This document shows, one piece after another, positions 38,100 through 51,929 of a stretch of 64,000 nt of DNA; the first letter of the stretch is position 1; the number at the start of each line of letters is the position of its first letter. This DNA is from Ginglymostoma cirratum. Taxonomy: Eukaryota. The stretch lies in NCBI GenBank assembly GCA_024137785.1, contig JAHRHZ010000018.1:52211260-52275259 (forward strand). Direction: 5' to 3'. The position numbers were made by a program, and so were the translations under genes. Below the pieces are notes generated by a model, which had not been told where the DNA came from, made no database searches, and saw only the letters and a program-made list of their open reading frames with translations.

Positions 38100-39732
38100 G
38101 CTGCCCCACATGACAACCAGGATTCAAATGGGTTAAAGAGGTTGAAGGTTTCCGACCAGTGATTGGGCCATAAGCCAAACATTCGTAATGTGAGGAGTAC
38201 AAACAGATGAAGTTAGTACAGACCCGGGGAACAATGGTAAAGGAAATCTAGCATGGTTAGTACATTGTAGGGGACTCACAGAAAACAAAGGCAAGGAAGC
38301 TGATTATAAGTGAGAAGCCAGATATTAAGGTCAGGGACATACAAGATAAGAGAAAGAGAAAAGGGGCAGAGACCCAGAGTCACAGAGAAGTGAAAAAACA
38401 ACTAATATAGGATCAAAGACCCATGAGATAGAGAGAGAGAGATCAATAAATTAAAGGGAAGCATGAGGAGAAATGACACAGTACACAGAGTACAAGCCCT
38501 CAGAGTGTCCACCATTGCAGTGAGTAAATATCTGATCCAGGACCCACAGGACAGAAATGCTGGGAGGTGACGTGGAAGCCTGAAAGGAAGTTCATTTTAA
38601 ACCTTAGCAAGATTGTAAGGATAGTCAGCTGCTTGGAGCAGCTGCAAGGGAGAGAATGGGAGAAGTTGGAGCTAAGTAAGGAGCTGGAGAAAGGGAAGCA
38701 GGAATTGCAGAAAATAAGAGTCAAAGCAGCAGAGCAGGACCAGAGGAACCAGGCAAACGTGGTACACTTGGGACAGTTTCAGACTCAGTACAATAGACCG
38801 TACCAGGAAGAGCAGCATACGGTCAGTGATCGGGGCACAGCCTGAAAACTGTTGGTGATCTGAACAAGAAATGCAAAAACCTACAGGTTGTGCTCAGAGT
38901 CCTACACCAGAAACGCAAAGAAAACCGAGTCTGGACTGTGGACCATTCAAAATACCAGTGTGAGATTGAAAAATTAAAGTCCCAACTTTCCGTGCAAAAT
39001 GGAAGTGATGTGAGAATTTGGGACATTAGAATCGGATGGGGACAGTGATTATGGGATAGACTATGGGAGGAGATGGAAGAACAAGCCCATAGATACACTG
39101 AGAGTGGTGCATTTTGGGGACTCCCACCTCCCCTGCCAGAGGGCGCTGCATGATCCATTCTGCCTTTCCCAGTCTTCAGAATGTCGGAGGAGGGGAAATC
39201 CAGGCCATGAAAATGACAATTCTAGCTGCTGCCGGACACGATAGGGGAGACAATGTGGAGGCGATTAAATTAGTGTAGGCAGCGAAAGGGAAAGCGCCCA
39301 GCTGCATTTGCCAGGCACCTATGGACACAGTTTTCAGAAGTCTTCAATAATGTAGATCAGACTGCACTGATGCTGCAAAACACAGTAAATTGGACCCAAA
39401 TGCTATCCTCAATTAACACTGACGCAGTGAGGAAAGCTTCTGTAAACATTGATCCCACAGACAGCACCCACACAGAACTGTGGGTGATAAGGAGGATGGC
39501 CTGGCTTGGGAGAAAAGGACATTCTTGAATCAGAGCGCCCCAGATCAGGCAAGGGGGAAATGCACTCAGTAAAAGCCCCAAACCCCAGTCCCATGTGGAC
39601 AAATCAGGGGGTCAATCAAAACAAGGGGAGTTATTAACAAAGACATCCACCTATATATGCCAATCCGGTAGTTAGAGATGGGGATCAGCAGCAGGGAAAT
39701 CTGAGGCAGCCTCCATCGCTGCAAGGCAAATG
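38100..39732 (+). pseudogene. Decayed gag of a retrovirus-like element, cut at the inversion breakpoint
   Basis: Coiled-coil remnant EWEKLELSKELEKGKQELQKIRVKAAEQ; ends CAA GGC AAA TG (QGK-C), which continues in frame at 55595 on the minus strand into a CCHC knuckle. Confidence 0.7.
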
Positions 39733-39845
39733 GCCAAAACTTGTTGGTCTTTCAGTGCAAGGAGTTGACCTTGACCGAATGTTGCAGATTGGCACATTCC
39801 AAAGTCCAGAACTACAGGCTGAGGCATGCACTAAAGATCGGGACT
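39733..39845 (+). mobile_element. Tx1-clade LINE ORF2 C-terminal fragment, displaced by the inversion
   Basis: LLVFQCKELTLTECCRLAHSKVQNYRLRHALKIG, the expected continuation of ...INSVKDALWS ending at 55596(-). Confidence 0.8.
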
Positions 39846-39854
39846 TTTTCACAC

Positions 39855-40112
39855 AGCAGTTGAGAGTTAATCATATTAACATGGGGCTGGAGCAACATGC
39901 AGGTTAGACTGGGTAAGGATTTCAGACTTTAATTTCTAAATCATTTCTCGTGAGCCAGACAAGATTTTACAAAATCAATTATAGATTTATGGCACCAAAA
40001 CCACAACCAGCTTTCAATTCCATATTTTTATCAATTGAGTTTAAATGCTACAAGCTATTGTGCATTAATCTGAATTTCTGGAATACTAGACTAGTGACAT
40101 TAGCACTATGCT
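39855..40112 (-). mobile_element. Degenerate SINE-like element related to the 5' segment at 20480-20700
   Basis: Reverse strand reads catagtgctaatgtcactagtctagtattccaga...atttaaactcaattga...ggaattgaaagctgg...tctggctcac...ccttacccagtct...tgattaactct. Confidence 0.55.
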
Positions 40113-40574
40113 GCAATCTCCTATGACTGTTGGCCTGATGAAGACTATTTTTACCAAATGAACTAATTGCAGAACAAAGCAAGTCACAGCAACAAAGTTC
40201 TCAATCGAAATACATCCATCTTTAATGGGTTTGACAAATGCAATGTAGTGATGCTGGAACTCTTTCCTCTCTCTTTAATTGAATTTGAAAGCTATAGATC
40301 TTGTTCACTGAAAATTGTGTATCTCAACTTGATTGCTGATGGAAACAGTAATTAAAATTTAAGTGACTGTTGGTTTCTTACACTTTGTCATTAAAATACC
40401 TGAGCTTACTTATTAGAACTGTGGCCAAAACTCCCTCTTCAAGACAGAATTATGTAATGCCTATTATCTTTGTTTAATATTTCACATTTTCTTTCACAAT
40501 GTAGTACATTCCAACACAATGGTCTGAGTTTTTTTTAGTAACGTTGGATAGAAACTAATGCTGATTCCCATTGA

Positions 40575-40790
40575 GGTTTGTCTGGCTTAGTTGGCTGCTT
40601 GGCTAGAGCGTGATGCAGAACGATAGGGGTTCAACTGCCATTCCACCGATGGTCATTCATGGAGGTCCCTCTTCTTGCCTTGATCCATGCTTATGGAATG
40701 ATGCCCCTCAAGCTATAGAAAAGCAATAGTCTCTCACTAATAGAGGGAGATGCCTATGGTCCTTTGTTGACTATGGCTAATTACTATACC
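40575..40790 (+). mobile_element. Degenerate tRNA-derived SINE
   Basis: A-box-like tggcttagttgg and B-box-like ggttcaactgcc; related reversed heads near 25885-25960 and 57020-57070. Confidence 0.5.
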
Positions 40791-41279
40791 GACTGCTGCT
40801 CCTGGGAGCAGGAAATGAGGTTGGCAGGGGGAACTTAATTGGATGGAGGTGGAAAGTCTGCTTCCTGACATTGGGATTGAAGTTGTGGATTGGAGGCAGG
40901 TCAGGGCTCCCAGCGGCAAGCAGCAGGAACCTACTTATCATGCAAACTCATTAAAACACATATTCACTGGATTAAATGGTACCTTTGTGATTAAGTTGGC
41001 AACAAATGAGAAACACATGCTTTCAGATTCCTAATTGGTTGCAGCAAGTGAGCTAGCTTTCCTGGTGGATTTGAACTGACAGGAGCAGCTGTACTCATAA
41101 GGGGTGCTGTTTTAGATTAGGGCCGAAAATGTTGAGCTCATGCACTCTCTGTCTGCAGAGGTTAGGCCAGGGCTGACCATAGAAGGGAAGAGCATAGATT
41201 GTCCAGAGAGGTCAGGGTATGGCAGTCTTTTGAAATGTGGGCTGAGAGAAGGATTAAATGTCATAAGGAAGCACACTGT

Positions 41280-42835
41280 GAAACCAGAACTGAAAATGCT
41301 GGAAATACTCAGCAGGTTAGGCAGCATCTGTGAAGCGGGAAACAAGATTGTCATGTCAGGTCAATGAACTAGAAGACAGGAGAGATCAATTGACAAAAAA
41401 GTTAGTCTTCCAGGGCCAAAGAGAATATAACTGGGTCAAGACAATAAAGAATCAAAAGACATGCTTCTTGTGTCATTATGTGAAAGCAAAATATGAAGAA
41501 AGAAACAAAATATCCAAAGATAAAGGAAAGAAAATGGACAGGCAGAATTTACAGCCTGAAATTGTGGAACTTAACATTGAGTCTGGAAGGCTGCAGCACA
41601 GTGGTTCCCAAAGGTTTTGCTCTCCTGGCCCCTATTTTGGTACTTCCAAAGGTTGCGAGACTCTAGGTCTGTGAGAGCTGGTGGTGGGATTGAGAGACCT
41701 GTAAAAGTGACAGGGAAGCAAGCTGTTGAATCCACAAGGTTTTTAAGGAAAAGGCACCCACCTTCCCAAAAGATGTTTTAGGACAGCATTCATGCCTATA
41801 CGATTGAGTAGTTAGGGCAGGCTGCTATTATAAAGCTGTGAGATTTAAAGGATCCATGCAGCAGGTAGCATGTGGTCAGAGATCCACAGTAGCCATTGCT
41901 TGGAGGTCATGACCCCAAACTGTGGCTGTCTACTTCACTGGGTTTCACGACCCAAGGTTTGGAACCCATCCACTGCTGTAAGATCGCTAAGCAAAAAATG
42001 AAATTCCGTTCCTCAAGCTAACAGTGAGCTTCACAGGAACAGTGCAGTGGGCCAAGGACAGAGATAACAATGTGAGAGCAGAGTGGAGAGTTAAAATGAC
42101 AGGGGTGCTGGAGGGTCCGGGTTATGCTTGCAGACTGAATTAAGGTGTTCTGCAAAAATGTCATCCAATTTGCTTTTGGAGTCCCTGGTATAGAGGGGAT
42201 CACATTGTGAGCAGCAAAAATGGTATGATAACTTGAACAAAATACATGTAAATCACTACTTCAATTGGAAGTAGTGTTTGGGCATTGGGAAAGAAAGACT
42301 GAGCAAGTAGAAGGGCATGTGTTGCACCTTCTGTGATTGCATTGAAAGGTGCTTTGGGAAGGCAGGGCTGCTGCTGTTAGTGACTTGACCTGGATATCAT
42401 TGAAGGAAAAGTCCTTTGGAAGGCTGAAAGGGGAGCAAAGTGAAGATGTGTTTGGTGACAACAATGCATTGGAGGTGATGGAACTAGTGGAAAATGATTT
42501 GTTGAACAGAATATCAAGGCTAAAGGAGCAGAAAGTACATACATGGTTTCTGGGAGGGAGGGGAAAGTGTGAGAGTAGAAGTAGAAATGTGAAGGACATT
42601 GTCGAAGGTCCTGATGTGACCGTGGTAGCGGAAGGAGAGAAAGTGTCGTTGGTTGAGGAGAAAAACAGATCTGTCAGAAATGCTGTTTGGAAGGTTATAT
42701 CATTGGAACAGATGCATAGAAAGTGGAGGCACTGACTGAATGGAATAGGGTCTTTACAGGGTATAGGGTGTGAGGAAGTGCAGATAATCTGGCTGTGGTA
42801 GTCAGTGGGCTTCTAATAAATATTGGTTGATAGCT
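41280..42835 (-). mobile_element. Older degenerate Penelope-like element
   Basis: Minus-strand STFQCNHRRCNTCP linker, GIY-YIG C-terminal remnant (HFNSPLCSH...VLGPLHCS) and a terminal repeat at ~41280-41370. Confidence 0.75.
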
Positions 42836-42949
42836 AAGATGATTGAATGTAATCTTAGTGAGTACGCATTCCTATGACAGCTAATGACACTTCCACAGAT
42901 GCACTGCCCTGTAACTTTCTCAGCATAGATTGGTATTTCCACACATTGC

Positions 42950-45900
42950 ATCCTCACGTTCTGTTCAGCACTGATGCCTTAAACACAAACTCCTACCCAC
43001 CATACGTCTCTATGTGCCCATAGATCTCACTCCATTCCTTCACAAGAGCCAATGATACCATGCCACTTCCCCTTGCTGAGTGCAGTAGGTCCTTGACCCT
43101 TGTCTGAGATCTTTCTGAGTATTGCTTGAGGACCCCATGCTGGCTTGTCTGGTTGGAGGGGCTTGTACCACTAGCACTGGTAAACAGGACCATCAGCTGT
43201 TCCTGCAGGCAGCATCCTGCACAGAGACATTTGTTCATTTTGTATGGGGTGACAACAGGCGATGGGGATCAAGAGGAGGGATGGGGGGAAGCTATTGGGA
43301 TCCAGGATGGGGAGGGGGTGACAGTACGTAGAGTTTGAAAACCTCGGCTCAGACAGCCAGGTGGATACTGCTAGCTTGCAGGGATTAGGGGCTGTTTAAG
43401 TAAGGCATCCTGACCTTTGACCCATGTGGTGACATCAGGGTTGGTGATTCCCATTGTCACATGATATACCAGGCCCCATGACACTGAATGTCCAGTTGGC
43501 TGGCCAATGTATGATATTACCTCCCAGTGGAAGTCCTGCTCATCTGTAGCCCTGCCATTGGGGCACTTGCTGCTGCAACAGAAGTTCCCCTATTATCTGT
43601 AATTTAAAGGAGATTTAGTTGAACTGCTGCCTTTGGAGATGTGGAGAACCATCTTAAGCTGATTGTTCATTCTGCTGTTTGTAACTTGGAAATGTAATTG
43701 CATTCTGACAAACCACTCATTGTGGTTTCTGTTTGTGGGCAGGGTGAGTAATCAGCTCGCACAGAAAGGCCAGAAGTGTTGGTCTTTGAACAGGTCATTT
43801 TTGACCATTGTGGTAGATTCGCTGCCAGAAATCACAAACTGTGGTCATGACTCTAAATGACTGCCCATGTACTGCTCTTTATGCTATTACTGGATCTGTG
43901 AAACTCATCCTGCAGTGCAATTAAAACAGGTTGCAGGGCAATGAGAGTCACAACATACTTCATTTAAGTCCTTGGGGGATATATACCACAAGAGTTAGAG
44001 TTTGAGTCTTTATAATGCCATAGAACAGAGACCAATATAGAACTGGCTGCAAACTTCACTCAAGTATTGAGCAGAATCTTACGTGGGCCTTAAGGATGTG
44101 GGCTACGGCTGGAATCAGGGAGAATCATGTGAGAAGTCCAACAAGGTCTTTTGTGATGTTAGGAGTGACCAGTAGCCTTTCCAATGGAGCCCCAAATGTT
44201 GACACAAGCTTCACAGTAGAGAGTGGCAAGAGGCTTATTGATGGGGATCAAGCACTGAGCTTATGGAATGGACCAGGCTGCATCTCAGGGCCCCTTGCTT
44301 GCTCTCTGAATGTACACTCACTTAGCATCTATTTGCATTCTCACAGCATCCCCTACCTTGCCTTGCTTTGCCATGCTTCGCCATGCCATTTAGTGCACTG
44401 ATCCCTCAGGCAGAGCTTAAAATCCCACTGTCTTTATTCTTCTGTCTTGACTTAACACAGTGTACATACAAAGACATACAGCATGTCTTGCTGGGCGTTA
44501 GTCCTCAGTCAAGAGGATGGACAGCTTGTTATACAGCACAGTGCTATGTCAATCTCATGTGCCAGCTATGTAGTGGCACATTGCATATGCTGTAAGTGAA
44601 TATCCATGCCTCAAGGGGAGCTGTCCTCACTGAAGGCAGAAAGGCCTCTGCCATCAGGGGCTCCTGGTACAGGATGTCAAGGAATTGGCTTTGGTACGAT
44701 GTCCAGTCTAGACACATGCGGTCATGGCGTCTGTACCTCTACAGTTCAGGAAGTGGGTCAGAATGTCCTGGGGGACCATTTACTGAAAGTCATGAGGGAG
44801 GGAACTTATCAAGGCCTGGTGTGTGTGGGAGGCAGACTGATGAACTTAATCTTGGATAGTGGGGTCTGAAGGCCGGGGTGCAAAGGTTTGTTGGGGTAAG
44901 GGGTTCCAGCTCAATATGTAAGGGAAGATGATACAACATGGGTAGGGAAAGGGTCATGTAGAAGGTTTGGGGAGTCAGTCATCACCAGTGATCAGAAACC
45001 TGACTTCCTGGGTGTTGTTTGGGGTGGGGGAATAGTGCATAACCACACATGGCATTATATGCCAGCTCAGATGCCTGGTGCTGGGAAGGAGCAGATGGAG
45101 AATCTGATAGAGGTGGGATGAAGTTGGTGGGGCTTGGGGAGGTGTGATGTCTCTGGAGTTGAAAGGTAGAGCTACCTGGAAGTGGAGTATTGATACTTGG
45201 AAGTGGAATATTGATATTTGGGGCTCATCTAGATGCAGAGATTGGAAGTAAGGAGCAGCATCAGTTGTCTTCAATTATTGCATAAATCGCAAGCGTGCAA
45301 TAGAAATGAAAACAGTTGCAACCACAACCGGAATGGGGCAGCTACGTGCATCGCTCTGATTGAGGAAGCTGCAAGTTCCAGCAATGTGAGGCCTGTCGAG
45401 GGGAAACAGCATTAGATACAGACTCATACCCTGTGGCATAGAATCCCTGGTAACACTTATGCATCCCTGGCACCTCCCTGCCCCAAGGATTTCAGACCAT
45501 TTCTTACTAGATTAAGACTGACCCAACTAGTATCTGTGATGCAACAGCAATCGCTATGCCCCGGTAAGAGAGCCAGGTTGCCTGTGAGGCAGCCATTGCC
45601 AACACATAGGTCACTTTACACCTTGGACAATGTAGGAGTAAGGATGGGTGGCTTCTTTGTCAGCTGCAGTTGTGCCTGTGTAGAGACTTGAAGAAACAGA
45701 TTATATTGAACAGTGCACATAGATATACAAATGTGAGCATTTATGATCAATGAAATGTCACTCGTGCCATCCATGTGCTCTCAAAATGTATTCTTCCTTT
45801 CCCTCCCACTGTGTCTTAGTGCAGTTCCAGCTTCTGCAGGTGGGCTGGAGGAACCCTGCCCCAAGCTGGAGCCTGTTGGCCTGGAGCCGTGGTTGGATGA

Positions 45901-47900
45901 CCCCAAGGGAGTGTTTCTAGAGGACTCAGGTACCCTGAATTCCTCCTGCTTAGAGGCAGGTACATCCTCCTTGGTCACAGAATTGTGGATGGCAGGCTGA
46001 GTGGAGGTGGAAGGCCCAGCCTCCTCTGGAGTGTCCTGAGAGGGGATTTCTAGAGGGGGCCAGCATGTGGTTGTCCCTCCAGCTGAGGGCGTACTGACAC
46101 CGCCCTGTTTCCTCATGAGGAAGGGACATCTGCACAGAGTCTCTGAACTTCCCGTGACCTTGCCTTTACTGCAGAGCATCAGTAGCTAGGATAATGGAGA
46201 CAGGTCCATTTGCACATCCAGCAGGCTCTGAGAGTGCTAGGCCTGGATCTCCATGACAGCCACCTGTCCAAAGAGGCAGCCAGACGCTCACAACCCTGAG
46301 GCAACAGAATCCACATCTCATCTCTGCAGGCCTGTGTCTGCTTGTGCATGTTGATCGTGTCCCGACATTATGGGGTCCTCTCCTGACTGGTCTCTGGCTG
46401 TCCTCTGAGGTGCTGGTGACGTGGGCCATTTCTTACTCGATGAGCTGCATGAGATGTGACAGTGACATGCTCACCAGCAGGTACTCCCGACTCCAATCTA
46501 GTTACAGCACGCACCAAGGCAGCAATATCTGAGCATAGGATGCAGCCTTTCCCCTGCTTCCTCTGAGGCCTCCGTACTCAGCTCTGGGGTAGTGCCAGAG
46601 GGAATATGCTGGCTCACCATGCTCTTGCCCTGCAAGTCCATGGACAGGCTGTGCAAGACATTAAAAAAAAGGTGTTGCAGCTAAGGTTAGAAGTTGTATC
46701 AAGTGAGAATGGAATTGATAGTGGCTTCATGTGAGATCCGCACTGTGAAGAATATGGTTTCTTAATTGATTGGCAGAATATGAATATCTTTGCATCTCTG
46801 TGAGCCCTGTCCTGGTCCTCTCTGGCCAGTGCCTGGATCTTTACCTCGTAGAGGGTGAAGAGATAGATGGTGGGCCTGTCCTGGCACCTACTGTGGGCTG
46901 TTTTCTCCTAGGCTAAAAGAAAAGGGGGGATTGAGTGAAATGAAAGTGGGTGACAAAACTCAAGTCAGTGCTGGTGCAGGTAGGTCAGGAGGGATGGGGT
47001 GGGAAGGGGTTGAGGGTGGTGGGGTAATGTGAGCCGTCCCAAGTGAGTCAATAGGCAGCACAGAGGCATGTAGGGTTGATGGGGGTGGTTTTGGGGTGGG
47101 TGACAGTGACTGAGGGAAGATACTGCAGTCAATGGTGAGAGTGGTGGAACATGAGCCTTTCTGAGACGTGGGTGCAGTAGCGGAAGTAGGGTGAGTGTGA
47201 AGTAGCAGAGAGATGATGGTCGCTTTCACCTTGGCAGACAGGGGAAGGTCGCTGACCTTCTTCATGCATTGTTGGGTGTTTTGCTGGACGGTGAAAATGG
47301 CATACTCATGGGTAGTGCCCCCAGACTAGGCTGGTAGGGTCTGAGAATGTGGTATACTTTGTTGGTCCTGGGGGTAGAGGATGGGCCACCATGGCCAACC
47401 CCTCCCAGGTCTGTGCTGGCAAATTGTGACGCTGATTTCCCCTTACAGCCAGGACCTCATGGAGTGTGTGCAACCAGTGCTCATCTGGGTGCCAGGCAGC
47501 CTCTTAAAGATGGCACCACTGCGAGGAATGCTGGAACATCCAGGCAGTGGCAAACAGTATTCCCTTTAATTTGCCTACTGTCTGCACTGGGTACCAAGGC
47601 CCATGTGTGGCAGTGACTTCCAGAACTGGAAACTATTGCCATGGTTGGTGCAGCGGTGCTGATCACTGTTCATGGAACATCAGAGGAGCTTCATGCACAC
47701 TCAGCAACATAACAAGAGGGAACGTTGTTCTCGCGTACTTTAGGCTGTGCCAAGCAGGAGAATGGGTCTATTGTAAGTTGAGGATGTTGCAGTGTTGATA
47801 TGGTTTGGTATTTAATGCAAGTTTGGGATGATAGTGTGAGAAAACTCATTAAGCTTTATAGACACAAGCTCTCCATGAAACACAAATTGACACTTAGCCA
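42950..47900 (-). mobile_element. PIF/Harbinger-like DNA transposon remnants (Myb/SANT-like partner ORF)
   Basis: Minus-strand TQQCMKKVSDLPLSAK followed by a GT donor (~47230-47280), and a second copy SQTRVKDLLHSAR (~43070-43110); both resemble the Myb/SANT-like QCxK(K/R)xNDL signature. GC-richer sequence. No clear transposase or TIR identified. Confidence 0.45.
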
Positions 47901-48726
47901 AAATATCATAAGATTCAGCCTTTTATTTTATATTTGTGAAGTTAGCCTTGATTATGTTCTTAAAAAGTTACTTTAGCGGCACTATTGACGACTATAACAT
48001 CACTATTTGTTTATGTGTTTGTAATGTATTTTTACCTGACTACGTTTGAGAGGCTAATGCATCTTCAGCCCCTTCAAATAATCTGGCCTATGTTGCTGCA
48101 ATAGATTCTGATGTGTCTGTCACTATTTGTATTCTTACGCGGCTACCTCTGCAGATTGAGGAAGACTCCCTTTATTTTCCTTTGCCTGAAGGCATACATC
48201 TCCTGTGGTCTCAACTACCATTTCTATGTGCTATTTTCAGTTCAAGTTCAGTTAATGAAAATGACTTTATAACAGTCTTTCTGTCCTCAAAACCTAATAT
48301 CCCATCCTTGCATCCAAGGCCCCAAAGGTTCAGTCCCACCAATATAATCTTCACCTTAATTCCAGACATTATTCCCTCTCTCTGATCTGTATTCAGTTCA
48401 TGGCATTTCTCTTTGACTACACGTCTCAGGTGCCACGTCCTATCAGGTATTTCTATCAACTACCAATAAGAAAGATTGACAGTTTCTCCTCTTTTCCTCC
48501 TAACTATTGGTTTGACCTATAAGATTGGAAACATTTCTTCCTGGTTTCATGTGAACTAGTACTCTGACTGTAATAAGCGTTTTATCATATATCTGCATGG
48601 CTCCATTCCAGGGTATGCCCTGTCATTTGGCTCCAGTTTGTTTAACTTACTGCTATGAAGCAAAAACAATAGTTGTTGAAAACTTAAATGTCTGCTAACA
48701 TTTGTGGGAAGATCAGATATGTTTGA

Positions 48727-49383
48727 ATAAAAACCAAAAGAACTGCGGACGCTGGAAATCAGAAACAAAAACAGAAATTGCTGGAAAAGCTGAGCAGGTC
48801 TGGCAGCATCTGTGGAGAGAAACCAGAGTTCACATTTTGAGTCCAGTGATCCTTCATCAGAACTGACAGTAGCTAGACACTTCAGCACATCACAGTTTCC
48901 TGACCAACATCTCTGTCTCAGGCTTGCTGTAGGGCTCCAGTGAAGCTCAGAGTAAGCTGGAAGAACAGCACTGTTTGGGAACCCTACAGCCTTCTAGATG
49001 CGATATCGAGTTCAACAATTTTGGGGCTTGAGGCACCTTCTCTCGTGTCCTTGCCCCAACCCCCACACACCAGGCCTTGTCATCAATGGTCTGTTATTAC
49101 ACACAACCTATTGTTAGCCACTAATTGTCCCTATTCATTCTCCCATGCCAATCGTTATCCACTCCATTATGTGTCCAACTATTCTTCTCGCTCTTTGCGT
49201 TCTATCTTTACCTATCATTTACTTATTATCCCCTCCTCCTACGCTAGTTTCTGCTTAAAAAGACATTTTCCTAGCTTCCATCAGTTCTGAGGAAGGGTCA
49301 CTGAAACGCTAACTTTGGTTTCTCTCCACAGATGCTACCAGACCTGCTGAGCTTTTCCAGCAATTTCTGTTTTTGTTTCAGAT
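48727..49383. mobile_element. PLE insertion with inverted terminal repeats (family B) around a GIY-YIG 3' fragment
   Basis: 48727-48865 is the reverse complement of the repeat at 49283-49383; internal KLEEQH...GTLQP-like remnant. Confidence 0.8.
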
Positions 49384-49439
49384 AAATTTGAGGTTCTCCT
49401 ACATACCCTTCTTCAAAAAAATACCTTTGGTCAGTCCAC

Positions 49440-50050
49440 AAGCATGACCCTGCGTTTTCAATGGCCTGTCATTTCATTCTCCTCTCTGCTCTCAGGCTGA
49501 TACCTTTGTTACAGGCCTGCTGCACTGCTCCAGTGAAGGTCAATCTGAACTTTAGGAAAAGCATCTCATCTTTCAGTTAGGGAGTTTTCAATCTTCTGGA
49601 GTCAATCGAGTTTTCTCATTTTAGATTGCAAACTCTGTTCCCATCCCAACCCTCTATTTTATTTTCGTTTCTTTGCGTTCTTTTTGGTTTCTTCTTTTAT
49701 TTTTATTTCCAATAATAGAATACCCACACTTGGCACACCTTTTGAGTCTTTTTTTTCCTTTTTAGCCTTGGGAGACTCACACTTCTGTCATTCAATCTCT
49801 TCTATCATGGATCACCCTTTAGTCCTTGTCCCAACCACCATTTGCTCAAAACTTATTATATCTTTAATTTTACCTATTTCTGGTTGAAATGTATCAACAT
49901 GAAATATTAATTTGTTTCTCTTGCCATAGAATCGTGCTGAGGATTTCCATGATTTTCTTTGTGCTTTCATTTAAGGGTAAAATATCAAATTGTTTGTTTT
50001 CTCCACTTGTTTACTTGTGTTTCAGATTTCCAGCATCTGCAATATTTTGC
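49440..50050 (+). mobile_element. Highly decayed PLE 3' fragment
   Basis: gcctgtcatttca...ggcctgctgcactgctccagtgaag...catctcatctttcagttagg (GIY-YIG end) and terminal tttcagatttccagcatctgca. Confidence 0.55.
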
Positions 50051-50489
50051 TTAAGTTTTGAAAGACAATTTTTTTGGTAATAATTGTGCAGTTATTTTCG
50101 CTGCACCTGAGTGTTGGTGAGAAAAGATCACTGTTGGACCAACACCAGTTTGATTCATTTATTCAGATCTACAAGAAGCCAAGGGAAATAGAAATTGTCC
50201 ATAATCCTTCAATTTTTTTTTAAGATACTGCAGCCAGAATTAAGATTTGAAGTTTTGTATTTTTTGTTCCATTTAAATGTACAAAATCCTTCTAAATTCT
50301 TCATGGTTCTCTATGGTTAGCTGACCAACACAAACATTTAACATGTTTGCAGCTTTTTACCAATGTTGATCTAAACCAAATTTTAGGAGAATGTCTGAAG
50401 GACAACTCTCTGACTCTCTGGTGTGATTCAGTTGACAACAATGAATATTTAACTTCTGAAGGGGGAAAGAAAACAGACAGTACTTTGAT

Positions 50490-51354
50490 ATAACAAGCAT
50501 GGGGCTGGATGAACACAGCAGGTCAAGCAGCATCATAGGAGCAGGAAAACTTGACGTTTCGGGCCTAAACCCTTCATCAACACAAGCCCTCCTCCTGGAC
50601 ACCACCCCAAGGCCTCCTACCCTCCCTCGACCTCTTCATCTCCAACTGCCGTCGAGACATCAATCGCCTCAACCTCTCTACCCCTCTCAAACACTCCAAC
50701 CTCTCCCCCGCAGAACGTGCAGCCCTCCACTCCCTCCGCTCCAATCCCAACCTCACCATAAAACCTGCGGACAAGGGAGGGCAGTCGTAGTATGGCACAC
50801 TGACCTCTACATTGCTGAGGCCAGGCGCCAACTCTCTGACACCTCCTCCTACCGCCCCCTGGATCATGACCCCACCCCCGAGCACCAAACCATCATCTCC
50901 CAAACCATCCACAACCTCATCACCTCAGGTGACCTCCCACCCACCGCCTCCAACCTCATCGTTCCCCAACCCCGCACCGCCCGCTTCTATCTCCTCCCCA
51001 AAATCCACAAACCTGAATGCCCTGGTCGACCCATTGTCTCCGCCTGCTCCTGCCCCACCGAACTCATCTCCACCTACCTACACTCCATTTTCACCCCCTT
51101 GGTCCAGGAACTCCCTACCTATGTCCGTGACACCACCCACGCCCTCCACCTCCTCCAGAACTTCCAATTCCCCTGTCCCCAGCACCTCATTTTTACTATG
51201 GACGTCCAGTCCCTAAAAAAGCATTTCTGATGAAGGGTTTAGGCCCGAAACGTCAAGTTTTCCTGCTCCTATGATGCTGCTTGACCTGCTGTGTTCATCC
51301 AGCCCCATGCTTGTTATCTCGGATTCTCCAGCATCTGCAGTACCTTTTATCTCG
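50490..51354 (+). mobile_element. Young PLE insertion: inverted terminal repeat + N-terminal RT fragment + direct terminal repeat, 14-bp TSD
   Basis: RT motifs IKPADKG, FYLLPKIHK, GRPIVS and FTMDVQSL (50581-51214); the two arms are identical over 90 nt; AGTACTTTGATATA at 50479-50492 and 51355-51368. Confidence 0.92.
51223..51258 (+). ncRNA. Minimal type I hammerhead ribozyme motif
   Basis: Identical to 27141-27176. Confidence 0.72.
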
Positions 51355-51929
51355 AGTACTTTGATATATGTGTATGCACAGTTCTGCTGCTTACTAGCCC
51401 TTATCTTTTCAATTCTACCTCTGTGGGTACAATTATCACATCCTCATAATATCTCCACGTACTTCAGAAGCAATTAAATGTCTTTTAAATGCAGTTACCA
51501 TTATGGGTGTAAACCAACAGCCAATTCCTCACACTGAGTCCATAAAAAATGGCAAATGAGATAAATAATCATCTGGTTTCTCCAACTGTCGCTTTAAGCC
51601 TGCTCACCTTCATTATTTCTCTTTTATCATGTAATTTAAACCCACTCTGAGTTTGTTATTATGACAGACTGGTCAAGGTGAAGGTAAGGTCAAGAACTTT
51701 CTTTGGGCTTAGACTTCAAAGCCACTGTTGTCTGTGCTTTGAACATTTCGAACAGTTTATGTATTAAAACACTTTACCCAAATGCAGGTGTCAATGAGGC
51801 AGACGACTCAGTTCAACTTGATTCTTCATTAAAAATACTATGTCAGCATTTCCCAAATTCCCACAATATTTACTCTCGATCTAGCTCTATTTGTCTGAGA
51901 AAAGTCATGACCAGTAACAATCCACCTGT

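Noticed and set aside
39131-39150. CTCF-like motif CTGCCAGAGGGCGC
   Set aside because: A single motif inside decayed gag; a chance match cannot be excluded without binding data.
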